Positions 37,282-47,463 are shown, numbered from the stretch's first letter. The stretch is 64,000 bases of DNA from Candidatus Daviesbacteria bacterium (GCA_016176465.1 JACOXD010000003.1:1824-65823), one strand, 5' to 3'. Made by a program: numbers and translations. The notes: generated by a model not told the origin, from the sequence alone.

Positions 37282-38008
37282 AATTTCCAAATTCATACTC
37301 CATTGGATTTCCTCTATAACCTTTCCTGGTAACATAAAAAAATGATTTTATTATTTTAATAGTAAAATTAACCCTGCCCTCTCTATGAAATCTTCTAGAG
37401 GATGAATAAATTTTGGGATTTTTAACAAAGATAAACTTCCCTCCACTGTTTACTACATCTTGTACTAATTTATGATCTTCTCCTACCAGTAACTGATCAT
37501 CAAATCCTCCTACTTTATTAAATACCTTCCTTTTTATAAATATATTCCTCCCATCTGCTGCAGGCCAAAAGGGCTTAATAATTTGATAGACAATATAAAT
37601 TAATCCATAGAAAAATTTATCCTGCCAATTGGATTCCAGAGGATAATTTCTGGCAGCTGCAATATCCGGATTTTTTTCTTTTACCTCATTTATATATTTT
37701 TCCAAAGTTTGCGGATCTCTAAGTTCTATATCAGCATCCAAAAATAAAATATTTTCTGCGGAAGTTTTTGCAGCCCCTAAGTTCCTTTGTCTGGAAATAG
37801 TGTAGCGAGGGATTCTAAAATATTTAAGTTGAGGTAGAATTTTTTGCCTTTTTTTTACTTCTTCAATGGTTTTATCTTTAGAGTTAGCATCAATGATTAC
37901 TATTTCTCTAGGTTGGCCGCTCTGAGCATAAATTGAATCAAGCAAATTTCCAATAAATAATTGCTCATTTAGAGTTGGAATGATGATTGCTAAATTTAAG
38001 TTTCCCAT
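37274..38008 (-). CDS. Glycosyltransferase family 2
   Basis: IIIPTLNE, QRNLGA, LFLDAD, GGFD, GED. Confidence 0.92.
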   Translation of the reverse strand: MGNLNLAIIIPTLNEQLFIGNLLDSIYAQSGQPREIVIIDANSKDKTIEEVKKRQKILPQLKYFRIPRYTISRQRNLGAAKTSAENILFLDADIELRDPQTLEKYINEVKEKNPDIAAARNYPLESNWQDKFFYGLIYIVYQIIKPFWPAADGRNIFIKRKVFNKVGGFDDQLLVGEDHKLVQDVVNSGGKFIFVKNPKIYSSSRRFHREGRVNFTIKIIKSFFYVTRKGYRGNPMEYEFGNFK

Positions 38009-38028
38009 AGCTAAATTTTACTATACAT

Positions 38029-39774
38029 TTATTTTTTTAACTCACTTTGCTTGACAATTTGGCTATAAATACCATCTTTTTTTACTAACTCATCATGTGT
38101 GCCCATCTCAACTAATTTTCCTTTTTCCATCACTAAAATCTGATCTGCCCGCTGCACTGTAGATAATCTATGTGCAATGATAATTTTAGTCATTAAGCGT
38201 TCCTTAGATAAATTCTCCAATGCTTTTTGAATTAAACTCTCAGAGATAGTATCTAAATGAGAAGTTGGTTCATCCATTATTAAAATCTTAGGTTTTTCAA
38301 ATAAGCTTCGGGCAATTGCTAGCCGCTGCCTTTGTCCTCCTGATAGTTTAACTCCCCGCTCGCCAATTTCTGTAAGATAGCCATCTTCAAATTCCATAAT
38401 AAACTCATGAGCATAAGCTAATTTTGAAGCTTCGATAACTTGCTCATTAACAACCTCATATGGCTTATCTCCTGCAGCGTAAGAAATAACCTGATAGATT
38501 TTTCTATTAGGTACAGGTGCATCTTGGAAAACTACGGCGGTTTGTTTTCTATAAGTTTCTAAATCAAGCATTTTTAAATCATAACCATCAATCAAGACTT
38601 TCCCTTGCTGGGGATCATAGTAGCGGGATAATAATTTGGCGATAGTTGATTTACCGGATCCGGATTTTCCTACCAAAGCGGTAAATGAACCGGCAGGTAC
38701 TCTAAAAGAAACATTTTTTAAAACATTTCTTTTAGAGTACGCAAATGAAACATTTTGAAATTTAATCTCTCCTTTAATGTCAACAAAAATAGGGTTAGGA
38801 GAATTCTCAACGCTTGGCTTTGCATCTATTAGTTCACTTAAGCGATCAACTGGCTCTCTGGCTTCTGATATTCGAACATAAATCCTACCTAACCTAAAAA
38901 TATTAGAATAAGCCCGCTCGGTTAAGCTGATTAGAAAAACTAAACTTCCAATAGTCAATGCATTGGCTCTAACTTCAAATAAGCCAATAATTAATATAAA
39001 GATATAAAAAACCTCAATTAAGATATTCCTACTAAAAGAGGTAAAGACTCTTTTTCTAAATTCCTCTAAAGAAACATCACTAATATATTTACGAAGCATC
39101 CCAAAAGATTCATTCTCCCTATTTTCCTGAGCAAAACCTTTGACAACCGAGATATTGCTCATAGTATCTCCTATTTCAGAGGAGGAAAGTTCATAAGCTT
39201 CGTGGCGATCTTCTCTTAATTTCTGAGTAGATTTAAAAATATGGAAAGTAATTAAAACAAACGGTATTAGAGATAAAGAATAAATTAAACCAATTTTTAT
39301 ATTAGTTAAAAAAATTAAAACAGCAGTTACAAGAAGCTGCAGTACTGTTGGTTGAAATTCAAAGGTAAAATGATTAACTAATTCTATTAATTTATCTGTT
39401 CCTTTATTAAGCAAAGTAATCTTTTTACCAGTAGGTATTTTTTCATGATAATCTAGCGATAGATCAATCATTTTTTTATAAGCACTAGTTGAAATAAAGC
39501 GTTCTGTTTTAATTAAAAAATTTAAAATAATCCAATCTGCCAGGTGATCAATAACTAGAGAAATCACTCTTACTCCCCCCAAACCTGCTAAAACCACAAT
39601 TGCAGTTTCTATTGTTATTAAACCTTTAGTTGCAACCAATAAATCTAAGATTTTCCCAAAAAGATAAGGGCCTGTTAACCTAACAGCCTCAAAAATTACA
39701 GTTATAAAAAAGATAAAATATAGCCTTTTATGGAAGGGATTTAAAAGCTTCCATACTTTTTTAACAAATTCCAT
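38029..39774 (-). CDS. ABC exporter, fused permease/ATPase (MsbA-like)
   Basis: 6 TM; GKSGSGKST, LSGGQRQR, MDEPTS, IAHRLST. Confidence 0.93.
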   Translation of the reverse strand: MEFVKKVWKLLNPFHKRLYFIFFITVIFEAVRLTGPYLFGKILDLLVATKGLITIETAIVVLAGLGGVRVISLVIDHLADWIILNFLIKTERFISTSAYKKMIDLSLDYHEKIPTGKKITLLNKGTDKLIELVNHFTFEFQPTVLQLLVTAVLIFLTNIKIGLIYSLSLIPFVLITFHIFKSTQKLREDRHEAYELSSSEIGDTMSNISVVKGFAQENRENESFGMLRKYISDVSLEEFRKRVFTSFSRNILIEVFYIFILIIGLFEVRANALTIGSLVFLISLTERAYSNIFRLGRIYVRISEAREPVDRLSELIDAKPSVENSPNPIFVDIKGEIKFQNVSFAYSKRNVLKNVSFRVPAGSFTALVGKSGSGKSTIAKLLSRYYDPQQGKVLIDGYDLKMLDLETYRKQTAVVFQDAPVPNRKIYQVISYAAGDKPYEVVNEQVIEASKLAYAHEFIMEFEDGYLTEIGERGVKLSGGQRQRLAIARSLFEKPKILIMDEPTSHLDTISESLIQKALENLSKERLMTKIIIAHRLSTVQRADQILVMEKGKLVEMGTHDELVKKDGIYSQIVKQSELKK

Positions 39775-39812
39775 ACATATATTTTCTCATAAATTGGAAG
39801 ATCAGGAGTGGA

Positions 39813-41768
39813 TTATGCCATCACCGGAGTGGCTGTAGCTCTACTATTACCGTTTCTTTTTTTACCGACAATTTTTTCAAACTCCGGAGTATCAAGAGTT
39901 TCTACCTCAAGTAGCTTTTTAGCAACTTTATCTAACTTTTCTCTATTTTTGCGTAAAATAGCTAATGCTTGCTGATAGGCTGTATCTATTATTTTTTTTA
40001 TTTCTACATCTATTTTAGATTGCAAAGCCTCAGATATACCTGATCCTTCATCAGGAGACCTTTGCCACATCCCAAACAAGGCTCTTGGTCTAATATTTAT
40101 AGGTCCAAGGGAGCTCATTCCATATTCCGTTACCATTTCCCTAGCAATATTAGTTGCTACCTCTAAATCATTAGCAGCCCCGGTTGAAATATCTTTAAAG
40201 ACTAACTCCTCGGCTGCTCTTCCTCCTAAAGCTGTGGCGATTTGCTCTAAGAGGCGTGATTTGGTCTCATTGGAGCGATCCTCGGTTGGTGGAAACATGG
40301 TGTGTCCCCCTGTCATACCACGAGATACTATAGTAATCCTATGGACAGGATCCACATGAGGCAGTGAGTGACCCACCATTGCATGCCCTCCTTCATGATA
40401 AGCAGCTAATTTTCTATCTTCTTCTGATTGCATTCTTTTTCTCTGTGGGCCTAACTTAACTTTAGTAGCTGCCTCTTCTAAATCTTTAGAATCAATTGCT
40501 TTTTTAGCTTCTCTGGCTGCTAAGATTGCTGCCTCATTTAACATATTAGCTAAATCAGCCCCAGAAAACCCAACAGTCCGCCTAGCAATCCTCTCAATAT
40601 CTACATCAGCAGTAAATGGTTTTCCCTTCATGTGCAGCTTAATAATTGCTTTTCTCTCTTCCAAATCAGGCATGTTTAAAACAACTCTTCGATCAAATCT
40701 ACCAGGTCTAACTAATGCCGGATCCAAGAGATCTGGTCTATTTGAGGCCCCGATTACGATTACAGATTCATTTGGAGCAAAACCATCCATCTCAACTAAT
40801 ATTTGATTTAGAGTTTGTTCCCGCTCATCATGCCCCCCAGAAAAACCCATGCCCCTCATCCTGCCAATACTCTCAATTTCATCTATAAAAATAATTGCCG
40901 GAGCGTTTTTCTTAGCCTGAGCAAACATATCCCTAACTCTTGCTGCTCCAACCCCAACCAACATCTCCATAAATTCAGATCCAGCTATAGAGTAAAAAGG
41001 TACCCCAGCCTCACCTGCTACACTGCGCGACAAGAGGGTTTTCCCCGTTCCGGGTGGACCCACCAGTAATACTCCTTTAGGAGTTCTGGCTCCTATCTCT
41101 TTATACTTTTGCGGGCTTTTTAAAAAGTCAACTATTTCTTCAAGCTCTTTTTTAGCCTCATTTACTCCGGCCACATCAGAAAATTTAATTTGTGGTTGAT
41201 CCTTGGTAAAAATTCTTGCTTTTGATTGACCAAATGAGAAAATTCCCTGAGCTCCTTCTCTGGCTTGGCGAATGATTAAAATAAAAAATATAACCATGAC
41301 AATAATAGGTAAAACAGTACCTAAAACTCCAAGCCATGCTTGCTGCATGGAGATATCCTTAACCTCAATTTCTACTTTTTTAGGATCAACTTTGGCACTT
41401 TCTAAAATTTTATAAATAGATTCCCCTGATTCTTTTCTGGAACTGGCAAATCTTTCCTCATCATTACCTTTTTTACCTTCGCTAGAAGGCAAGCTTTGCT
41501 TATATTCAACAAAAACTTTATCCCCCTCAAGGGTAATTTTTTTCACCTTTTCAGTTTTTATATCCGCTAAAACTTGAGATAATGGAACATCTTTGCCAGG
41601 GTTAATTCCACCTGTTAAATTAACAAAAAGAAAAAAAGCGACCAAGGCAATCAAGGCATAAATTCCAAAGCCTTTTAAAAAAGAAATTAAGCGGTTTTGG
41701 GGAAGTTTAGGAAGCTTTTTTTTACCATTATCAAAGGATAAAAAACCTTTTTTTCCGGGATTTACCAT
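39813..41768 (-). CDS. ftsH: ATP-dependent zinc metalloprotease FtsH
   Basis: [26 protein letters not shown]. Confidence 0.97.
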   Translation of the reverse strand: MVNPGKKGFLSFDNGKKKLPKLPQNRLISFLKGFGIYALIALVAFFLFVNLTGGINPGKDVPLSQVLADIKTEKVKKITLEGDKVFVEYKQSLPSSEGKKGNDEERFASSRKESGESIYKILESAKVDPKKVEIEVKDISMQQAWLGVLGTVLPIIVMVIFFILIIRQAREGAQGIFSFGQSKARIFTKDQPQIKFSDVAGVNEAKKELEEIVDFLKSPQKYKEIGARTPKGVLLVGPPGTGKTLLSRSVAGEAGVPFYSIAGSEFMEMLVGVGAARVRDMFAQAKKNAPAIIFIDEIESIGRMRGMGFSGGHDEREQTLNQILVEMDGFAPNESVIVIGASNRPDLLDPALVRPGRFDRRVVLNMPDLEERKAIIKLHMKGKPFTADVDIERIARRTVGFSGADLANMLNEAAILAAREAKKAIDSKDLEEAATKVKLGPQRKRMQSEEDRKLAAYHEGGHAMVGHSLPHVDPVHRITIVSRGMTGGHTMFPPTEDRSNETKSRLLEQIATALGGRAAEELVFKDISTGAANDLEVATNIAREMVTEYGMSSLGPINIRPRALFGMWQRSPDEGSGISEALQSKIDVEIKKIIDTAYQQALAILRKNREKLDKVAKKLLEVETLDTPEFEKIVGKKRNGNSRATATPVMA

Positions 41769-41823
41769 GGGCGAAATATACCATATTAGCCTTGGAAAAA
41801 CCAGGGGTCTAACTTAAAAAAAA

Positions 41824-42141
41824 TTAGCGAAGTTTGCTTCCTGCTGGAACCTTTTTAGAAGGTTTAATAATAATTGGTGGGTCTGTATCTGTTGCCAATA
41901 CCATAGCTTGTGACTCAATCCCCATTATTACTCTTGGCTCTAGATTAGTTACATATACAAATTGCTTGCCTACTAAATCTTTAGGTTTATACCATTTTTT
42001 AATTCCAGATAACACTTGTCTTTTTTCATCTCCAAAATCTACTATTTGTTTAATTAACTTATCAGATCCATCAACTGCCTCAGCTTCTACTACAGTTCCC
42101 ACTTTTAGTTCTAATTTTGCAAAATCATTGATGCTTATCAT
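41824..42141 (-). CDS. Stand-alone tRNA-binding domain protein (MetRS C-terminal/CsaA/Trbp111-like)
   Basis: FAKLELKVG, GSDKL, NLEPR..GIESQAMVL. Confidence 0.88.
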   Translation of the reverse strand: MISINDFAKLELKVGTVVEAEAVDGSDKLIKQIVDFGDEKRQVLSGIKKWYKPKDLVGKQFVYVTNLEPRVIMGIESQAMVLATDTDPPIIIKPSKKVPAGSKLR

Positions 42142-43141
42142 GGTAAAAATAATCTATCTTCATTGCAATTTTTACTTCCTTCATAGTTTTTTCTGCCTCT
42201 GCTATTGCTTTTTTTGTACCTTCCTTTAAGATTTTTTCTATTAAATGAGGTTGATTCTCATACTCTTTTCTTTTTTCCCTAATGGGATCTAAAAAATTAT
42301 TTAATACTTTTACTAAGTATTGTTTTACCTCCACATCCCCTACTTTACCCTCTTTGTACCTAGATTTAAAATCATCTAGCTTATGTTTATCAGTCTCAGT
42401 GGTAAAAGCATCTAAATAAATAAAGACAGGGTTTCCCTCAACAGTTCCTAGATCTGTTGGTTTAATCCTTTTGGGGTCTGTATACATATCCATTACTTTT
42501 TTTTCAACCTCTTCAGAAGAATCAGCTAAAAAAATTGCATTATTTAACGATTTACTCATTTTAGCTTGGCCATCAGTACCAACTAAGCGGGGAAAATCTC
42601 CAACTAAAGGCTCTGGTTCCACTAAAATCTGCCCATAAATACTATTAAATTTACGGACAATTTCTCTTGTTTGCTCAATCATTGGTACTTGATCTGCTCC
42701 AACGGGTACTAAATCTGCTTTGCAAAAAGTAATATCAGCAGCTTGGGATACAGGGTAAGCTAAAAACCCTAAAGTTACATTTTCTTCGATCCCTTTTTGT
42801 TTCATCTCCTCTTTAACTGTGGGGTTTCTATATAACCTAGCAACTGTTACTAAGTTCATATAAAAAACAGTTAATTCTGCAATTTGGGGAATTTGGGATT
42901 GGATAAAAATTGTGGTTTTTTGAGGATCAATACCTACAGATAAATAGTCTAAGGTAACTTCTTTAATAGAATCCCTTACTTTTTGGGGATTATCAAAGTT
43001 ATCAGTTAGAGCTTGAACATCTGCAAGCATTACAAACTGATCATATTCATCTTGCAGCTTGACTCTATTTTTTAATGAACCAACAAAGTGGCCCAAATGC
43101 AGCCTTCCTGTTGGCCTATCACCAGTTAGGATTCTCTTCAT
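42125..43141 (-). CDS. trpS: Tryptophan--tRNA ligase
   Basis: TGDRPTGRLHLGH, YPVSQAADI, VPVGADQ, KMSKS. Confidence 0.96.
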   Translation of the reverse strand: MKRILTGDRPTGRLHLGHFVGSLKNRVKLQDEYDQFVMLADVQALTDNFDNPQKVRDSIKEVTLDYLSVGIDPQKTTIFIQSQIPQIAELTVFYMNLVTVARLYRNPTVKEEMKQKGIEENVTLGFLAYPVSQAADITFCKADLVPVGADQVPMIEQTREIVRKFNSIYGQILVEPEPLVGDFPRLVGTDGQAKMSKSLNNAIFLADSSEEVEKKVMDMYTDPKRIKPTDLGTVEGNPVFIYLDAFTTETDKHKLDDFKSRYKEGKVGDVEVKQYLVKVLNNFLDPIREKRKEYENQPHLIEKILKEGTKKAIAEAEKTMKEVKIAMKIDYFYHDKHQ

Positions 43142-43179
43142 ACTTATGTAGAATATCACTTGAGGCTAAAAAAAGCGAA

Positions 43180-43797
43180 TTAGGATCTTGCAGTTTGTTT
43201 AGTTTGGCTAAGGACTCTCTGTTTGACTGCATTAACTACTGCTGAAACTTTGCCTGTCCATGATCTTTTAGGAGCAACTCCATCTACCCTTTTACCGCGC
43301 ATTTCTACCCCATTAATTTTAGGTTCAGGAAACCCTTCAATAACTCCATTTGCAACATGGATTCTGACAAGACCTGTACGCTGAAAAGTAAGCACTGCTG
43401 CATCTACTGGAGGTGGTTCATTGGGAGCTGTTTTGATCCCATTTATACGAACAAAAGACTCTCCATCTGGCAACCTAGCAATTAAAGAATCAAATCTAAG
43501 TATACCGTTTCTCCCATCAAAAAATAATTCTTTCGCGGTTACATATAATAATCTCTCTGATCCAGTTAAGCCTTCTGTACCACTAGGGTATAAGTTTAGG
43601 CCATAAACAAACTCACCTGATTCATTAACTCCTACTAATTCCACAGGAAGTCTTACTCCTGCCTGCTCCTCTGTAATCTGGCTACCAAGAGGGTAATCAA
43701 ATCTCCCTCTAATAACATCACCGACATTAATATCCGCAGGCGAGACCTGGTTTAAAGGAAGTTCAATAGTTTGTAATGACTCAACTTTTAAAGACAT
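43180..43797 (-). CDS. Hypothetical protein
   Basis: 205-aa ORF with its own TTGACC-N18-TATAAT promoter. Confidence 0.6.
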   Translation of the reverse strand: MSLKVESLQTIELPLNQVSPADINVGDVIRGRFDYPLGSQITEEQAGVRLPVELVGVNESGEFVYGLNLYPSGTEGLTGSERLLYVTAKELFFDGRNGILRFDSLIARLPDGESFVRINGIKTAPNEPPPVDAAVLTFQRTGLVRIHVANGVIEGFPEPKINGVEMRGKRVDGVAPKRSWTGKVSAVVNAVKQRVLSQTKQTARS

Positions 43798-43867
43798 AAT
43801 TTTAATTTAACCTATAGTGCTATTATAGCACAAGGAGTAAACTTTGGTCAAGCTAAAGTTAACTTCA

Positions 43868-44566
43868 TTAGGGTGAACTTATGGGGCTAGCAGTATTGTT
43901 AAGGTAATGAGCACAAAGCCCAGGTGTTCTGGCAATAATAAACACTGCATTAGCTAACTTTGCTTCCCAGCCAAAGCTACAAAGTACAACAGCAATAGCT
44001 GCATCTATATTAGCAGGCAAAGTTATCCCTTTTTGAGCTTTAAGCTCTGCTTCTAAATCTTTAGCTACTTTAATAAATTCCCCACCAAGTCCTGCTTCCT
44101 CAAGCTTTTTAAAAATTAGCTGGGTCCTAGGATCAGCCTCTTTGTAAACTCTATGCCCAAACCCAGGCATCCTTTTCCCCTCTTTTAAATATTCTTCTAC
44201 CAAATTTCCTATTTCGTATTTCGTATTTCGTATTTTATATAGAATCTCCATACAAGGTTCTATTGCACCCCCATGAGACTCATTTATCTGTAAAATCCCA
44301 GCTGCAATAGCCTCAGATAAAGTTTTTCCATCTTTTGCAGCATTAACTGTTGCTACTCCAGATGGAGAGTTTGGACCATGATCTATAGAAAGATTTAAAA
44401 TAAGCTCAAATATTTTTTCTTCCTGCTTAGAAGGAGTTTTTTCTGATAAAAGTTCAAAAATTAGTGAGGCAAAGCTTCTCTGCTGAGAGATCTCCAAATG
44501 ATTTTCTTCCCCAAACAATGCGGGTTTGCTTTCATCATTATCTTGATGTGTTATTGTCCTAGCCAT
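43868..44566 (-). CDS. Citryl-CoA lyase-like protein (citrate synthase family)
   Basis: IDHGPNSPS, HGGAIE, PGFGHRVYKEADPR, ANIDAAI. Confidence 0.8.
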   Translation of the reverse strand: MARTITHQDNDESKPALFGEENHLEISQQRSFASLIFELLSEKTPSKQEEKIFELILNLSIDHGPNSPSGVATVNAAKDGKTLSEAIAAGILQINESHGGAIEPCMEILYKIRNTKYEIGNLVEEYLKEGKRMPGFGHRVYKEADPRTQLIFKKLEEAGLGGEFIKVAKDLEAELKAQKGITLPANIDAAIAVVLCSFGWEAKLANAVFIIARTPGLCAHYLNNTASPISSP

Positions 44567-45460
44567 TTATAATGCTCCTTTCACTAAACTTGCTATTTGA
44601 TCAAAATCATCAGCTACTAAAACTCCTGCATCTTTTAAAATTTGCCTTTTTATATCTGGTTTCCCTCTATCCCCTTCAATTATTGCTCCTGCGTGTCCAA
44701 ATTGTACATCAGATGGCAAGCGTTCTGTAAATTCCCCACCAATATATGCAACCACAGGCTTTTTAATTTTACCCTGTTTTTTTAAGATACTTACTCTCTC
44801 CTCATAAGTTCCACCTAATTCACCAAAAATAACAGAGGCTTTTGTTTTAGGATCATCTTCAAGGGCCAACAAAAAGTCCCCAAAGTCAGTGCCAATTATC
44901 CTATCTCCACCAATCCCAACAGCCCAAGATATACCTAAACCATGGTTTTTTAAATGAATCCCAATTTCAGATGTCATCCCTCCTGATTTAGAAATAATAG
45001 CTACTTCTCCATCTATAAATGCTCTCTCAGGAGTTGCACCTCCAATTGAGCCTATCTTTATTTTTCTACTTGGACAAATCATCCCAACTGAGCTTGGGCC
45101 AACTAAGCTAATTCCATTTTTTTTAGCTAAAGCATAGATATAAGATTCATCCTTAGTAGGGACTTTTTCTGTAACAATGAGTATAAATTTTACTCCAGCC
45201 TCTATTGCCTCTACTGCTGCACCTTTTACAAAAAGAGGTGGTACATAAAGGACTGTTCCATCAATTTCCCCCACAACTTCTTTGGCTTCTCCAACTGAAT
45301 TAAAAACTGGTAAACCTAAGATTTCTTGTCCACCTTTTCTAGGAGTTACCCCAGCCATAACTTTTGTTCCATAATCAAGCATGGTTGGTAAGGCAGTAGA
45401 CCCTTCAGAACCTGTAATACCTTGACCAATAATTTTTGCTCCCTCTGGTAAAAGTAACAT
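44567..45460 (-). CDS. CoA-binding alpha subunit, SucD-like (citryl-CoA synthetase/ACL alpha N-terminal part)
   Basis: QGITGSEG, GVTP, SKSGGM, GIGGD, FGHAGA phospho-His. Confidence 0.85.
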   Translation of the reverse strand: MLLLPEGAKIIGQGITGSEGSTALPTMLDYGTKVMAGVTPRKGGQEILGLPVFNSVGEAKEVVGEIDGTVLYVPPLFVKGAAVEAIEAGVKFILIVTEKVPTKDESYIYALAKKNGISLVGPSSVGMICPSRKIKIGSIGGATPERAFIDGEVAIISKSGGMTSEIGIHLKNHGLGISWAVGIGGDRIIGTDFGDFLLALEDDPKTKASVIFGELGGTYEERVSILKKQGKIKKPVVAYIGGEFTERLPSDVQFGHAGAIIEGDRGKPDIKRQILKDAGVLVADDFDQIASLVKGAL

Positions 45461-46095
45461 TATTTAACAACCTCCTGTGCTTGTATACTGTAAAGTTGAG
45501 AAGGCTTTTTTTCTGGATATTTTTCTAAGTACTTCTTAACTATATTGAAACCTAAAGTATAACCAGTCCATTTAGGAATGTTTCTATCCCCCATTCCAAA
45601 AAACCATTCGTTATGATCGTATTCTTTTGTAAATTCCTTTTTAGCTAACTCACTAAACTTTTGTAGTTGTTTTTCAGTTAATGCTAAGTCCCATTTTTCT
45701 GGTTCGCCATCTAAATATTCCATTTCAAAATGGTCTGCCAAACCTTCGCTTACAAGAGCTTCAAGTAAAGTCTTACCATACCCAGGATTTTGCCAGCGAA
45801 TTGCATGATGAAGTTCATGTGCAAGAATTCTAGGCAAATTTTTAGCAATAGAGTTATTAATATTAGGGAATTTGGGATCTAAATAAAGATTAATAAGATA
45901 AGTGTTTTGAGCATATCCTCCAATTCCTAGATGTTCTATCGCTCCCAATGGATTGTCTTCAACAATAACGTCTAAATCAGGCAAAGGAAGTAATTGTACA
46001 ACTTCACTTTTAACTTTTTTTATAATTTCTTCAATTTTTTTTGAGAATGGAATTAATCTACCGCTAGCTTTTAATATATAGATTCCTCCGTTCAT
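45460..46095 (-). CDS. DUF2268-like predicted Zn-dependent protease
   Basis: LAHELHHAIR, SEGLADHF, WTGYTLGF. Confidence 0.8.
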   Translation of the reverse strand: MNGGIYILKASGRLIPFSKKIEEIIKKVKSEVVQLLPLPDLDVIVEDNPLGAIEHLGIGGYAQNTYLINLYLDPKFPNINNSIAKNLPRILAHELHHAIRWQNPGYGKTLLEALVSEGLADHFEMEYLDGEPEKWDLALTEKQLQKFSELAKKEFTKEYDHNEWFFGMGDRNIPKWTGYTLGFNIVKKYLEKYPEKKPSQLYSIQAQEVVK

Positions 46096-47306
46096 AAATT
46101 TTTCCTTTGGGCATATTCTTTAGCTAAATCAACTATTACTTTTGCACTCTCAGCTATAGATGTTTCTTGACCATAAAGGTGCAAATCAAAATCTTTTACT
46201 TTTTTTAACATCTCAAATGCTTCCTCGTCCCTTGGTCCTCCTCTTCTTATCACAATAGGATAATCAGGTTTTGAAGTAATTTTTCTTAATGCGTCTAAAA
46301 ATCCAGATAAAGTTTCATAGATATCTGTAAAGTTAGCTACTCCTCCAACTACCCATAATCCATTTAAATTAGGCTTAGAAAGTACAATTTGAGTTAATTT
46401 TTCCACCTTCTCTTTGGGAGGATTGCCAGAGTACTCTGTATAGTTTGCAGGCTTTCCACCTATTTTAAATAAAGCATCCATTGCAGTTAAGGATGCCCCA
46501 CCACCTGAAGCTAAAACTGCTATATCACCATCAAAATCAAAATAAGTTGAACCTGCTACTCCTCTATAATCTTCTTCATCTATTTTTTTAGCTTCAATTT
46601 CTCTATCTGATGGAGTATAACCTGGGACTGCTCGAGGTGGATACTGTTGCCACTCCTCATGTCTTTTGATAGCACTATCATCTAATTTTATCTTTGCATC
46701 TAGTGCTACCCAACCATTTTTTGTTTTAACCAAAGGATTAATCTCTAAAAGTAAACAATCTTGTTCAAAAAAAAGGTTAATCAGCTTTTCTAAGATGTCA
46801 TTCTGAACCCTTCGCTTCGCTCGAGGGTAAACTCCGTGAAGAATCTCTAAGTTGGATCCTTCGCTTTCGCTCAGGATGACAGATTGAGTAATTGGATCTA
46901 CCGGAAAACTTTTTACTCCTCTTTCTTCTATTCCTATCCCTCCTTTATTGGAAATATTTAACACAGGTCCCCTTGTATCAGTATCATAAGAAAGAGAAAC
47001 ATAGTATTCCTTTGCTATATCTACTTTTTCTTCTACCAACACCTTCTCAACTTTTTCTTTATTGATTACTTTACTAAAAAGATCCTTTAAACTAGACGCT
47101 ACACCCTCTATGCTATCCTCTACTATTATTCCTCCTGCATCTGCTCTTTTTCCTGATAGCACTTGGGCTTTTAAAACTACTTCTCCTGTCATTCTGAGGG
47201 CGAAGCCTGAAGAATCTAAATCAGAGGATTCAATAAGTTGGAAGTTGGGAATATTTATCCCAGCATCTTTAAGTAGTTTTTTCCCCTCATATTCATAAAG
47301 AATCAT
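46092..47306 (-). CDS. ATP-grasp beta subunit with ATP-citrate-lyase-type citrate-binding domain
   Basis: LYEYEGK, KAQVLSGKR, EINPL; ACL signatures ASGGGAS, PANYTEYSGNP, GGVANFTD, IRRGGP. Confidence 0.85.
   Translation of the reverse strand: MILYEYEGKKLLKDAGINIPNFQLIESSDLDSSGFALRMTGEVVLKAQVLSGKRADAGGIIVEDSIEGVASSLKDLFSKVINKEKVEKVLVEEKVDIAKEYYVSLSYDTDTRGPVLNISNKGGIGIEERGVKSFPVDPITQSVILSESEGSNLEILHGVYPRAKRRVQNDILEKLINLFFEQDCLLLEINPLVKTKNGWVALDAKIKLDDSAIKRHEEWQQYPPRAVPGYTPSDREIEAKKIDEEDYRGVAGSTYFDFDGDIAVLASGGGASLTAMDALFKIGGKPANYTEYSGNPPKEKVEKLTQIVLSKPNLNGLWVVGGVANFTDIYETLSGFLDALRKITSKPDYPIVIRRGGPRDEEAFEMLKKVKDFDLHLYGQETSIAESAKVIVDLAKEYAQRKNL
46796..47217. repeat. Two in-frame palindromic insertions in the beta-subunit gene (46796-46881 nested; 47187-47217)
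   Basis: Encode VILSESEGSNLEILHGVYPRAKRRVQND and DSSGFALRMT; both have tgtcattctga ends. Confidence 0.85.
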
Positions 47307-47351
47307 GGGTATATATTAGGGTAATAGGTTATAGGTAGCAAGTAATAGATG

Positions 47352-47423
47352 TGGCAGCGACAGGGATCGGACCTGTGACCTAAGCTTTATGAGGGCTCCG
47401 CTCTACCACTGAGCTACGCTGCC
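47352..47423 (-). tRNA. tRNA-Met(CAT), probably elongator
   Basis: GGCAGCG/CGCTGCC acceptor stem, anticodon loop CT-CAT-AA, T loop TCCGATC; CCA not encoded. Confidence 0.85.
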
Positions 47424-47463
47424 ATTCATTTGAATTTTAGCACAATTTGAGGCTAAAAGATAT

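Noticed and set aside
44567-47306. Annotation as sucCD
   Set aside because: ACL-type citrate-binding motifs and the adjacent citryl-CoA lyase argue against it, so symbols are withheld.
47352-47423. tRNA-Ile2(CAT)
   Set aside because: Lacks the C4-G69 and C5-G68 pairs recognised by TilS in model bacteria, and a UAU tRNA-Ile is present.
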